Below, piece by piece: positions 46,773 through 55,946 of a DNA stretch of 60,404 nt. A program made the position numbers and the translations under genes. The stretch's first letter is position 1. The number at the start of each line of letters is the position of its first letter. Source of the DNA: a virus. Its lineage: Duplodnaviria; Caudoviricetes. The DNA lies in IMG/VR virus record IMGVR_UViG_3300030620_000112, positions 1-60,404 of that record; one strand, given 5' to 3'. Under the pieces are notes generated by a model. The model did no database searches. It saw only the letters and a list, made by a program, of their open reading frames with translations, and had not been told where the DNA came from.

Positions 46773-46782
46773 ACGCGGACAG
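46593..46782. repeat. cluster of CGGACAG heptamers (8 forward, 1 inverted)
   Basis: Forward at 46593, 46605, 46628, 46641, 46720, 46730, 46752, 46776; CTGTCCG at 46703. Confidence 0.9.
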
Positions 46783-46985
46783 TCCGCAGACCAAACGGAT
46801 TCACGAAGACCTCACACCCCAGCAGATCGAGACAACCCACCACCGCCGCGAAGGTCTGTCGCGCGTAGGCGGCCAACCACGGCATCCCGATCCGGCACGC
46901 CCTGCGGGTCCTCCTGCCTGATCCTCGCGCGGTCCGTCGCGACCACCTACCCTCGTTTCGACCACAGTTGACCGGGGAGGCCATC

Positions 46986-47264
46986 GTGGAGGCAGTACCG
47001 ACCATCGGGCTCGCAGCCCTCGTCATGAAGTTCACCGACCTCGTGCATCAAGTGCGTGCCGGCGAACTTGCCAAGGCCGTGACACAGATCGCCGTGTGGG
47101 TGTTCGGGGCGCTTGCGGTGGCGCTGTTCGTCCAGACCGACTTCGCCGCAGGAGTTGAGGCCGGCGGTGTCGCACTGGCCGAGCTGAACCTGTGGTCGCA
47201 GGTCGTCGTCGGCATCTCGGCCGCGTCGATCGGCTCGGTGGTTCACGACACGCTCGGCCGTTGA
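46986..47264 (+). CDS. holin-like membrane protein
   Basis: RBS ggggagg; 2-3 hydrophobic helices. Confidence 0.6.
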   Translation: MEAVPTIGLAALVMKFTDLVHQVRAGELAKAVTQIAVWVFGALAVALFVQTDFAAGVEAGGVALAELNLWSQVVVGISAASIGSVVHDTLGR

Positions 47265-47283
47265 CCGCGCCGGACAGGTCTGC

Positions 47284-47529
47284 ATGATGGACCTCGCCGC
47301 CGTCTCTCAGATCGTCGGCGGCGGCGTCGGCGTCGGCACGATGCTGCTGGTGCTGGTGATGCTGGTCCGCGGCGACCTCGTCCCGGGCTCGACCCACCGG
47401 GAGTTGCGTGAGGACTCACGCCACCACTACAGCCGCATCAAGGAAGACCGCGACTACTGGCGTGACACGGCGATGGAAGCCCTCAACGCGCTGGGCGCAA
47501 CCGTCGGCAGGAGGGAGGGCGGTGTCTGA
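47284..47529 (+). CDS. membrane protein (lysis-associated)
   Basis: TM helix, RG.LVP..TH......RD.WR motif. Confidence 0.65.
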   Translation: MMDLAAVSQIVGGGVGVGTMLLVLVMLVRGDLVPGSTHRELREDSRHHYSRIKEDRDYWRDTAMEALNALGATVGRREGGV

Positions 47530-47737
47530 ACGTGACGGGGTCGTCCCCATCTATGACCATGAGGACGACACGACCCCGCAGGAGGTCCGCCGTCAGGTCG
47601 ACGAGGTGCTGACGCTGTTGAAGATTCAGGCGGGGGTGGTGCGCCACAAGCCGCGTGTCGCCATGACCGGCGAGGAGTTGCGCCGCAGGGTCGCGATGCT
47701 TGCCCAGCAGGCCGCGACGATCCGGGAGCAGCGATGA
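47522..47737 (+). CDS. hypothetical protein
   Basis: RBS ggaggg; overlap-coupled. Confidence 0.5.
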   Translation: MSERDGVVPIYDHEDDTTPQEVRRQVDEVLTLLKIQAGVVRHKPRVAMTGEELRRRVAMLAQQAATIREQR

Positions 47738-48084
47738 TGTGGACGGTGCTGACGTGGGGTCTGGTGGCGCTTCCTGCCGTGGGGATGCTGGCGCTGCTGG
47801 CCGACATTGCGGACGCACGGCGTGACCTGCATCTCGTGCGTGAGGAGGGTCTTGTCGGGTCGGTGCAGGAGGAACAGGCCAAGCACAACTTCCGGGCGCA
47901 GGCGTCGCGGGCCGCGGTACTGACGGTCATCGGCCTGATGGCGCTGCTCCAGTTGGTTGACGTGTTGACCGGCGAGTGGCTGGCCGCACTGATCTACGTC
48001 ATCACGATCATCCTCGTCGCGGATTCGTGGCGGGCACGGCTTGCCCGCAAGAAGATGATCCGGCTGATGTACCGGGGCGGTTGA
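47734..48084 (+). CDS. membrane protein
   Basis: Three hydrophobic segments. Confidence 0.6.
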   Translation: MMWTVLTWGLVALPAVGMLALLADIADARRDLHLVREEGLVGSVQEEQAKHNFRAQASRAAVLTVIGLMALLQLVDVLTGEWLAALIYVITIILVADSWRARLARKKMIRLMYRGG

Positions 48085-48085
48085 C

Positions 48086-48844
48086 GTGGCGACGGTCGAG
48101 GCAGAACTCAAACGTCGGGATGCTGCGCTCGCGCTGGTCGACTGGCTGCTCGCCGCCGACGCCGAGAACACTGCAACCGGCCTGTCCGACCCGGTCGTCG
48201 AGTACGGGCTGCGTGCCCGGCTGCAGACGCTGATCGACTCGGGCATCGAGGTCTCAAACCTGACCGGCCTCGCAACGGAGGCGACCCTCGCGGCGGTCGA
48301 GACTGCGTTGGGGCCGCTGGCGACCGAGGCGACCCTGCAGGCGGTCGGGATCGCGTTGACGGGTCTGTCAACCGAGGCGACGCTGGCGTTGGTCCTTGCC
48401 GAGTTGCAGGGCGGCATCGCCGTCGACGAGCCGGTCACGGTCGATGGTGCGGTGGGTGTCTCCAACTTTCCGGCGACGTTCCCCGACGGTCACACCCAGC
48501 CGCTCACCGACGTCCAGTTGCGCGCGGACCCGGTGGACGTCGAGGATGACTATGACCTGTCCGAGTACGAGGTCGACCAGATCGGCGCGGATGCCGTGCT
48601 GACGTTCACGTTCACCGGCCCGCAGCAGTTGGTGTGGGTTGATGTCGATCCGGTGTCCCCGTCTGACACGACCAACTACCGGGCACGGACAACCGTCGAC
48701 GGGTCGGCTCCGACCGCGACCCGCGGATGGGTCTGCCGTGCCGGGCAGGGCACGCCCATCCCGGTGCCCATGACCGGCAATGACGTGCTCGTATGGGCAC
48801 CGACCGGCACGGTCGTCGCCGTGCAGGGAGCCTCGAGGCTGTAG
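48086..48844 (+). CDS. putative virion fibre protein with L[AS]TEATL repeats
   Basis: LATEATL twice, LSTEATL, V.VSNFP, PLTD.QLRA. Confidence 0.55.
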   Translation: MATVEAELKRRDAALALVDWLLAADAENTATGLSDPVVEYGLRARLQTLIDSGIEVSNLTGLATEATLAAVETALGPLATEATLQAVGIALTGLSTEATLALVLAELQGGIAVDEPVTVDGAVGVSNFPATFPDGHTQPLTDVQLRADPVDVEDDYDLSEYEVDQIGADAVLTFTFTGPQQLVWVDVDPVSPSDTTNYRARTTVDGSAPTATRGWVCRAGQGTPIPVPMTGNDVLVWAPTGTVVAVQGASRL

Positions 48845-48853
48845 GAGGCGACG

Positions 48854-50242
48854 ATGCCACGCTGGTTCCCGGTCGTCTCGCGCCGCACCATCACGACCGG
48901 CGGGGGCGTCGTCCAGATCCCGTTCGAGGATTCGTTCGCGCTCGACGACACCCTGTCGGCCGAACTGGGGCCGGTCAACACCGAGGACACGATCGACCTC
49001 GCCGACATGCTGGTCGTGTCGGTGTTCAACGCGCAGGACATGATCGGGCTGACCGACGATCTCGCGGCGATCAGCGGACTCGTCGCGCTGGACACGATCG
49101 ACCTCGGCGACGTGATCGCGTTCGGGGACGGGCAGATCAACGCGGGCGACACGATCGATCTGTCCGACATGCTCGTCGTGTCCACCTTCGACGCGCAGGA
49201 CTCGCTGGCGATCTCGGACGAGCCCGACGGCAACTGGACAATCGACGCCGACCCGCCCGACTCGTTCGCCCTGCCCGACGACATGGCGGCGCTGGACACC
49301 GACCTTGCCGACACGGTCGATCTGACAGACGACCCGGTGATCGGGCCGCTCACCGTCGAGGAGACGCTTGCGTTCGCCGACGAGTTCAACGCGGACAGTG
49401 TCGACCTCGGCGACAGCATCGACATCGCTGACCGGATCGCAGACCTCGCCACGACGGCCGATGATGCGCTGGCGATCTCCGGAGCGCTGGCGCAGACGAC
49501 CTCGACGGCCGATGACTCGCTGGCGATCGCCGACGCGATGGGGGACGTGTCCGGGTTGGAGGTGGCGGACTCGTTCACCGTCGCCGACGTGGCCGACGCG
49601 GATCTGACCTCGGACATCCCCGAGTCGTTGTCGATCGCCGACCAGTTGGCTGCGGTCGGGCTCGTGTATGCCGAGTCGCTGGCCGCCGCCGCCGCTCACG
49701 CCAATGCCGATCTCAACAACGCCCGTATGTTCCCGAACGTGGTCGTCTCGAACAGCGGATGGGTCAATCCCAACAACCTGATCGACACGAACCTGTCGAC
49801 GTTCACGTCCCTGTCCGCAACCTCGTCGGGGACGCTCGGGACAGGCGGTACGCAGAACACGACCAACGGGACCATCGTCGTGTCGTGCCCGAACGTCACG
49901 ATCGAGTTGCCCGACATCGACATCGTTCAACTCAACTGGTCCGTCACCGTGGCGACCACGGGCGTACAACTGACCGCCGGGCAGTGCAACATCAACTACC
50001 AGTATTCGCTGGATGATGGAGGATCGTGGACGACGTTCTTCGCGCAGACTGCACAGAACCAGTCGACCAGCAGCCTGAACATCACCGGCGCTGTCGGCGA
50101 CGACTGGACCAAGATCAACCAACTCCGGTTCCGTGCAACCGGGTCGGTACTTTCTGGAACTGGTCTGCTGCCCGTATCGACCACCGCCCAGTTCCACTAC
50201 GCGCTGTGCGACATCTTCGCGAACGGGATTCCGGGCACATGA
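48854..50242 (+). CDS. acidic repeat structural/fibre protein
   Basis: RBS aggagg; many D[ST]hxhxD repeats; C-terminal YSLDDG.SW domain. Confidence 0.6.
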   Translation: MPRWFPVVSRRTITTGGGVVQIPFEDSFALDDTLSAELGPVNTEDTIDLADMLVVSVFNAQDMIGLTDDLAAISGLVALDTIDLGDVIAFGDGQINAGDTIDLSDMLVVSTFDAQDSLAISDEPDGNWTIDADPPDSFALPDDMAALDTDLADTVDLTDDPVIGPLTVEETLAFADEFNADSVDLGDSIDIADRIADLATTADDALAISGALAQTTSTADDSLAIADAMGDVSGLEVADSFTVADVADADLTSDIPESLSIADQLAAVGLVYAESLAAAAAHANADLNNARMFPNVVVSNSGWVNPNNLIDTNLSTFTSLSATSSGTLGTGGTQNTTNGTIVVSCPNVTIELPDIDIVQLNWSVTVATTGVQLTAGQCNINYQYSLDDGGSWTTFFAQTAQNQSTSSLNITGAVGDDWTKINQLRFRATGSVLSGTGLLPVSTTAQFHYALCDIFANGIPGT

Positions 50243-50799
50243 TCGCCGCCGCAGGCCTGCTCGCGTGGGCCGCCGCCAATGACCTCGACCAGCGGCGAGA
50301 CACGACCAAGGCGGAGTTCTGCCTGCTTGCCTCGGCGGTCGGGCTGCCGCTCATCGTGCAGATCTCCGACCCACTCATCGCAGCGCAGGCCCACCTGTTC
50401 CAACCTGCGCTTCCTCGACCGGCTGACACGAGCCTGCCGGCTGGACACTTCGAGACGCCGTGGACGTTGGCTGCCCTCAACGGGCAGGACTACCCAGCCA
50501 TCCTGCAGCCCGATGACCATCCGATCATCGCCGCCCACCGGGTGTTCTGGTCGACTGGTTTCGGTGACAGCCCGAAGCGGATGCCGCAAGCCGCCACGAC
50601 CCTCCGCGGACATCTTGCAAACTCCACTGACGCTGACGAGATCGGTCTGCTGCTGCTGGGGCTCTACTGCTGCCGAGACAAGATCAAGGTGACTGACACT
50701 GCGTGGCTGGATCAGGCGTTGCCGGAGACCTTGGCGTGGGCGACCTACCACCCGCACCTTGTTGCGGCGCTGCTTATCGCTCGTCTGGCAGATGTATGA
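50239..50799 (+). CDS. hypothetical protein
   Basis: ATGA overlap. Confidence 0.5.
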   Translation: MIAAAGLLAWAAANDLDQRRDTTKAEFCLLASAVGLPLIVQISDPLIAAQAHLFQPALPRPADTSLPAGHFETPWTLAALNGQDYPAILQPDDHPIIAAHRVFWSTGFGDSPKRMPQAATTLRGHLANSTDADEIGLLLLGLYCCRDKIKVTDTAWLDQALPETLAWATYHPHLVAALLIARLADV

Positions 50800-51055
50800 C
50801 CTATCATGTTCGCGAGAAAGGGAGGCGGTTGTGAAGGCGAATGCAGCGTTGGCATGGGGTGGCCCCTCCCCCGGCAACGCCGGACCGGGCGACGCAGTCG
50901 ACCCCGACGGCATCCCTCCGCTGACGCTGGCCCGATGGCAGGCCATGAACGCGGTCGTGGCCGACAGCGACGTTGGCATCCCCCTGACCAACAGCGACGA
51001 GGTGCTCACCGTCACCGACTCGGTCACGGTCGACGACGAGGGGGAGCCGGAATGA
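50792..51055 (+). CDS. hypothetical protein
   Basis: Overlap-coupled; acidic tail. Confidence 0.45.
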   Translation: MYDLSCSREREAVVKANAALAWGGPSPGNAGPGDAVDPDGIPPLTLARWQAMNAVVADSDVGIPLTNSDEVLTVTDSVTVDDEGEPE

Positions 51056-51723
51056 GCGCGCTGACGATGATCAAGCGGGACGGCCTGCGGATCGGTGGTG
51101 CTGCGACCGCGGCGGCGCTCACCATCCCACGCAAGGATCTCGACAAGGTCATCATCCGCGGCGTGTCGTACCGGCCGTCGGTGGCCCACCCGGCCCCGGG
51201 CCAGCCGCTCGTGGTCGCCTCGCGGTTCAAGGACTTCGATGGTGCAGGCGTGGCGCTGGTTGTCCCCGACCTCGATCTCGATCAGGCGACTGTCGTGTTC
51301 GGGGGGCGGCACAACGCGTTCGTCAATCAAGGGCTGCAGCGGGTTCTCGATTCGGCGTACGGCGATCTGGTCGCCGACCGGATCACCCACATCGGCCTGT
51401 CCGCCGACGACCAGACGGTCACGGCGGCGACCACCTCGCTTGACCCGGCCGGCGGTGCGACCGGCACCTCGATCAAGACCACGGCCAACACGGGCCGGGT
51501 CAACCAGACCGTCCACGCCGACCAGACGTGGACGCAGGCGGACGTATCGTGGGCCATCCGCAAGATCGGCCTGCTCACCGGCTCGGCGGCGACCGACGTC
51601 GCCAACATCATCGGCGGCTCGGGCGGTGCGTCCCCGTACGACGAACCGTTCACCATAGACCTGACCTCGATTGCGACGTGGAGTCTGACTATGGGAATCG
51701 ACGTGCAGGCCACCGCCACTTAG
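51052..51723 (+). CDS. putative virion structural protein (fibre-base-like)
   Basis: HN.FVN.G...L......ITHIGL, I..IGL motifs. Confidence 0.55.
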   Translation: MSALTMIKRDGLRIGGAATAAALTIPRKDLDKVIIRGVSYRPSVAHPAPGQPLVVASRFKDFDGAGVALVVPDLDLDQATVVFGGRHNAFVNQGLQRVLDSAYGDLVADRITHIGLSADDQTVTAATTSLDPAGGATGTSIKTTANTGRVNQTVHADQTWTQADVSWAIRKIGLLTGSAATDVANIIGGSGGASPYDEPFTIDLTSIATWSLTMGIDVQATAT

Positions 51724-51768
51724 ATGCAATTGTAGGATACGATCGGCTCCTACACAGAGGAACTGATT

Positions 51769-52416
51769 GTGGATGTCAGGCAATGCAGCCATCCTGACGG
51801 GTGTAAAAGAACGGTTGAATCCAGAGGGCTGTGCCTCATGCATTACATGCGCCTCCGGAGAACCGGCGAGTTGGGGCCGGTCGGATCAACTAGGGGAACG
51901 AATCACGGGCAATGCATCCATCCTGATGGGTGCGAAAGATCGGCACGCACTCGGGGCTGGTGCACCATGCATTACCAGAGGATTTACAAGGCGGGAGACC
52001 CCGGACCAGCGAAAGCCATGAAGCGCCGGCGAACTGCGTATAAGGATGCCCCTCCCGGATTTTGGGTCTGCTGCGAATGTGGGGAGACGAAGGCGCTCGA
52101 TCAATTTCACCGGGGCTCGAATCGAACTGGGAGGCAGTCGGCTTGCAAGGATTGCCAATCTCTCCAGAACCTTGCGCGCATAATCGGCATCCCCGTCGCA
52201 GAGTTGAGAGGATTTCGTGACTCGCAGCCGCAGCACTGCGCGATCTGTGCCACAACGACGGACCTCGTCATTGACCACGACCATGACACGGGGAGGCTTC
52301 GTGGCGTACTGTGCCGCAGACACAACTCAGGGATCGGCATGTTTGACCATGACCCGGATCTTCTGCGGACAGCGGCAGACTGGTTGGGGATAGATGTCAC
52401 GGCATCGGCTACTTGA
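51769..52416 (+). CDS. endonuclease VII-family homing nuclease with N-terminal zinc-finger repeats
   Basis: C..GC.R...RG.C.MHY twice; CAIC....L.IDHDH.TG..RG.LC...N.G.G; lower GC. Confidence 0.85.
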   Translation: MDVRQCSHPDGCKRTVESRGLCLMHYMRLRRTGELGPVGSTRGTNHGQCIHPDGCERSARTRGWCTMHYQRIYKAGDPGPAKAMKRRRTAYKDAPPGFWVCCECGETKALDQFHRGSNRTGRQSACKDCQSLQNLARIIGIPVAELRGFRDSQPQHCAICATTTDLVIDHDHDTGRLRGVLCRRHNSGIGMFDHDPDLLRTAADWLGIDVTASAT

Positions 52417-52429
52417 TCGGGGGACACGC

Positions 52430-52630
52430 ATGACTGACGAGGACCGGGTCACCGACTCCGAGGGTGAGGCCCTCGATCCGCTTGTCCTGTACGAGCGCGG
52501 GGAGTGGCCTGACCTCGACGCTCCCGGGACCGAGAACGCGTCTGACGAGGACGGTGCGGTCGAGGACATCGACGTCGACGCGCTGTTCGACGATCCGGGA
52601 GAGGTCGTCCCCGAGGAGGAGTTGCAGTGA
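52430..52630 (+). CDS. small acidic hypothetical protein
   Basis: GTGA overlap with lysin. Confidence 0.45.
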   Translation: MTDEDRVTDSEGEALDPLVLYERGEWPDLDAPGTENASDEDGAVEDIDVDALFDDPGEVVPEEELQ

Positions 52631-53301
52631 GCGCCTACAGCTGGGGCGCGTACACGGCTGGCCGGACCTGCACCGGCACGGCGCGACCGGGGCCGAAGAA
52701 CCTGCTGGCCTACACCATGCGCCGGTTCCCGTACACGTCCAGTCTTGGAGTGTGCTCATGCCGACCACCCAGTGAGCACGCCGAGTGCCGGGCGGTGGAC
52801 ATCAGGATTCCGACCAAGTCGAACGGCGACGCACGCGCCGACCTCGGCGACCCGATCGTCGAGCTGCTTGGCCCGCACGGCCGCCGACTGGGCCTGTCGA
52901 ACCTGATCTACGATGAAACGATCTACAGCCAGGTGTCCCCGGACGGTCGGCCGTACACCGGCGACCACGATCACAAGGACCACATCCACGCCGGCTTCAC
53001 CGTGGCCGGTGCCGACAACCTGACGATGGCGACGCTGATCGCTGTGCTCGGACCTGCCGAGCCCGGTCAAGGAGGAGACGACATGGAACTGATCGAGGGC
53101 ATTCAGCGGGCGCTCAACGCGGCCGGGTTCAAGGGTGCCGACGGCAAGGTGCTCGCCGAGGACGGAGTCTGGGGGGCCAACACCGAGCACGCCTTCATGG
53201 CCATGTGCAAGGACGCTCGTTCCGACACGGGCGGTGTCACGCTGGCGCAGGGTGATGCCCGCTGGGTACAGCAGGGCAGCCACACGATCGCGTTGAAGTG
53301 A
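52627..53301 (+). CDS. endolysin: Zn-peptidase (M15-like) domain + peptidoglycan-binding domain
   Basis: SEH...RA.D, H..HIH; IQ.ALN..G......DG.WG..T. Confidence 0.7.
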   Translation: MSAYSWGAYTAGRTCTGTARPGPKNLLAYTMRRFPYTSSLGVCSCRPPSEHAECRAVDIRIPTKSNGDARADLGDPIVELLGPHGRRLGLSNLIYDETIYSQVSPDGRPYTGDHDHKDHIHAGFTVAGADNLTMATLIAVLGPAEPGQGGDDMELIEGIQRALNAAGFKGADGKVLAEDGVWGANTEHAFMAMCKDARSDTGGVTLAQGDARWVQQGSHTIALK

Positions 53302-53305
53302 CGTC

Positions 53306-53539
53306 GTGGGCTCGGTGAATCAGGTGGTCCTCGTCGGTGACTTTGTCGATGCCACCATTGGCCCGACACGCGAGGTGTCCGGGACTGTCGCGTCGGCGGG
53401 GGTTGCCGGAGCCGCCTCGGTCACCGTGAGGGTCGGGGGCCTGACGGCTTCGAGGCTGTCCGGGGTGCTGGGTGGCATCGCAGTCACTGGTGCTGTCGGA
53501 CCTGTCGCGCTCCACGGGGAGGTCGACTGCGGTGTCTGA
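53306..53539 (+). CDS. hypothetical protein
   Basis: Gly/Val-rich ORF. Confidence 0.4.
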   Translation: MGSVNQVVLVGDFVDATIGPTREVSGTVASAGVAGAASVTVRVGGLTASRLSGVLGGIAVTGAVGPVALHGEVDCGV

Positions 53540-53855
53540 TGTCACGCTTGCTCGAGGGGACACGCTGGTGTTGACCTGCACCGTCTCGGGTATCCCGTCG
53601 GGCAGCGCGATCGACGCGGCACGCATTGTCATCGGGGACGTGCTCGATGTCGATTCGGATGACCCTCAGGTCGTGGTGGTCGACAACATCGTGACCGCGA
53701 CCGTTTCGGCTTCCGTCACCGACACGTGGCCGTCGCGCTCCTACCCGATGGAGATCAAGGTCAAACTGGACGACGTGCAGGCCACGGTCGGCCGGGTGTT
53801 TGTCGGCCGTCTGCGCCTGCTGCCTTCCCTCATCGGCGATGACGTCCCGGCGTGA
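53532..53855 (+). CDS. hypothetical protein (Ig/BppU-like)
   Basis: RGDT..L......Y..EI..........G motif. Confidence 0.5.
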   Translation: MSDVTLARGDTLVLTCTVSGIPSGSAIDAARIVIGDVLDVDSDDPQVVVVDNIVTATVSASVTDTWPSRSYPMEIKVKLDDVQATVGRVFVGRLRLLPSLIGDDVPA

Positions 53856-54005
53856 GAACGTTCATGTTCGTGGCGGCAGGGATGGCGGCGGGGGCGCTTG
53901 TCGGCGTGGCGGTTGCGGAGGTTGCGTTCCGCCTCGAACGGCTTCTCAGACACCGGCGGAAACCCCTGTAGTTGCGGTAGACTCTGGGGACGGAAGGAAG
54001 CCGGC

Positions 54006-54905
54006 ATGATCGCTGACACCGTGCTGCCGGGGCGTCTGCCGCGCATCGGGACGATCTCGACCGGGTATGGGAAGGCCGCCACCTCCCAGAAGGGCAGCGA
54101 ATACAGCCAGCCCAACCGGGCCAAGACGCTGGTGCTGCACACCAACGACGCAGATGCGGCGGCGGCGGCCGTGGCCGAGTTCGGCGGCGCCGTCCTCGAG
54201 GACTCTCCGACGTGGGCCTACGACGTTGTCACCGCAGTCCGTGAGTTCCGCGTGTGGGTGATGATGTCGGGGTTCCGGCAGCACCTGGAACTGTGGCGGG
54301 CGGGCTCGTGCGAACGTCGCTGTGACGGCGTGACGATGTCGATGGTCGCAGGCAACCGCGAGACGGGGCCGTGCCTGTGCGCAGACCAACCCGAGCGGGC
54401 GTGTTCTCCCACCACCGTCCTGCCGGTCCTGCTCGACCTCGACCTCGACCGCGTCGCGACATGGGAGGTCCGTTCGACCGGATGGGGCACCGCCGCCAAC
54501 GTCAAGGGGACGATGCAGTCGCTGTCGGGGGCGTTGGGGATGGTGCCCTGCATCCTCGGGATGAAGGACCGTGACACCCGGGACCGAAGCGGGCAGGTGC
54601 GGGCGGTCACCGACATGACCCTGATCCCGGCCCTGTCGCTGGCGGCGCTGACGGCCGGGCCACGCCAGATCGAGGCGCCCGCCGCTGACGTCGAGCTGGT
54701 CGCCGGCGCGGACCGTGATGACGGGCGTGTCGGGCTGCTGGCCGAGTGGGCGCAGTTGCGGCCGATGATCGACCAGCGGCTGCGTGACGTGCTGGCTGAC
54801 GACTGGCGCAAGGCCGGGTTCGACACGGGCGCGATCGAGGAGTTGACGACCGGCCAGTTGGCTGGGTGGCTGGACACGGTCCGTGCCCGGCTGCCGAGTG
54901 CATGA
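54006..54905 (+). CDS. recombination directionality factor-like protein (phiC31 gp3-like)
   Basis: G.I..G, RRCDG, PC.C, C.PTT.L.V.L, W...S.GW..A. Confidence 0.7.
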   Translation: MIADTVLPGRLPRIGTISTGYGKAATSQKGSEYSQPNRAKTLVLHTNDADAAAAAVAEFGGAVLEDSPTWAYDVVTAVREFRVWVMMSGFRQHLELWRAGSCERRCDGVTMSMVAGNRETGPCLCADQPERACSPTTVLPVLLDLDLDRVATWEVRSTGWGTAANVKGTMQSLSGALGMVPCILGMKDRDTRDRSGQVRAVTDMTLIPALSLAALTAGPRQIEAPAADVELVAGADRDDGRVGLLAEWAQLRPMIDQRLRDVLADDWRKAGFDTGAIEELTTGQLAGWLDTVRARLPSA

Positions 54906-54941
54906 CCCTGTCTGTTCTCGTAGGGTTTCGCACTCGGCCCT

Positions 54942-55030
54942 CAGATCGCCTGAGAGGCGCGCACCCCCCCTACCCCACGGAGGTACGGGTGACGCCCGAA
55001 CGGCCCGTAGACGGCGTCTCAGTGCGGCTA
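54942..55030 (+). repeat. dispersed element, degenerate copy E
   Basis: CAGATCGCCTGAGAG identical to start of copy B; later blocks weak. Confidence 0.45.
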
Positions 55031-55045
55031 CGGGGCAGGTAGGGT

Positions 55046-55118
55046 TTGACGTCGGCCCTACGATCTGGCTAGGCTTGCCAAAGAGCGAACCCCCGCCGTT
55101 TCCGGGCGAGGGTTCGCG
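55046..55118 (+). promoter_or_regulatory. putative promoter and hairpin upstream of replication initiator
   Basis: TTGACG 55046-55051, 18 bp, TAGGCT 55070-55075; gcgaaccc...gggttcgc stem. Confidence 0.55.
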
Positions 55119-55202
55119 AAGTCCGCGTTAGGGCGCGGCGCTAGCAGACAGGCTAGCCCCTTCCCCCTCCCTATCGCACGGTGCAGCGGGAGTTTGTGGA
55201 GG

Positions 55203-55946
55203 ATGGCAGCATCGGTGATCGCCCTCGTAGCGGCCCATCAGTTCGGATCCTCGGCGAAGAAGGCCGTGATGATGTGCCTTGCGCAGCACGCCGATGGCGA
55301 CACGGCATCCACCTTCGTCGGACAGACCACCATCGCCTGCGAGACTGAATACAGCGAGCGCACCATTCAGCGCACCCTCGCTGAACTTGAGGAAGACGGC
55401 CTGATCCGGCGGCAGCCACGAATGCGGTCTAGTGGCAGGGGCCGCACCTCGGACCTCACGACCATTGTTGCATCGGCGGTAAAAGCGCGCCCAAGGTGCC
55501 GCCCGTATGTCCCCGAGGACCAACCGGCCACAGGTTCGGGGTGGTCCGACCAACCCGACACTGACGCCGGACCAACCCGACACTGGCTCCCGGACCAACC
55601 CGACACAGTTGCCGGGGAACCGTCAGTAGAACCGAAAGAGAGAGAGAAGTCGGGCGGGCGTGGTTCACGGGTCGACCCGGACTTCAAGCCTTCACCCGAG
55701 ACGGAACTCATCAAGAAGCACGGGCTGTCGGATGGCTACGTGCAGACGGAGTTGGAGAAGTTCATCGACTACTGGCTTGGGGTGTCGGGGGCGAAGGGAG
55801 TCAAGCGGGATTGGCAGGCCACATGGCGCAACTGGCTCAGGAACTCCGTCAAGTTCTCGGGAGCAAAGTCAAGCAGTCAGGTACGATCAGGTGGGAGGCC
55901 GTCGGTCCCTGACTGGGATCGGTCCGAACCATCGGGATACTGGTGA
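55203..55946 (+). CDS. replication initiator (N-terminal winged HTH)
   Basis: K.V...LA.HAD, TIA.....SERT..R....LE..GLI.R; C-terminal F.DYW....K.DW.ATWRNW. Confidence 0.8.
   Translation: MAASVIALVAAHQFGSSAKKAVMMCLAQHADGDTASTFVGQTTIACETEYSERTIQRTLAELEEDGLIRRQPRMRSSGRGRTSDLTTIVASAVKARPRCRPYVPEDQPATGSGWSDQPDTDAGPTRHWLPDQPDTVAGEPSVEPKEREKSGGRGSRVDPDFKPSPETELIKKHGLSDGYVQTELEKFIDYWLGVSGAKGVKRDWQATWRNWLRNSVKFSGAKSSSQVRSGGRPSVPDWDRSEPSGYW
55518..55606 (+). repeat. iterons GACCAACCCGACAC (putative origin inside initiator gene)
   Basis: Exact copies at 55548, 55570, 55593; variant at 55518; degenerate inverted copy ~55533-55546. Confidence 0.8.
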
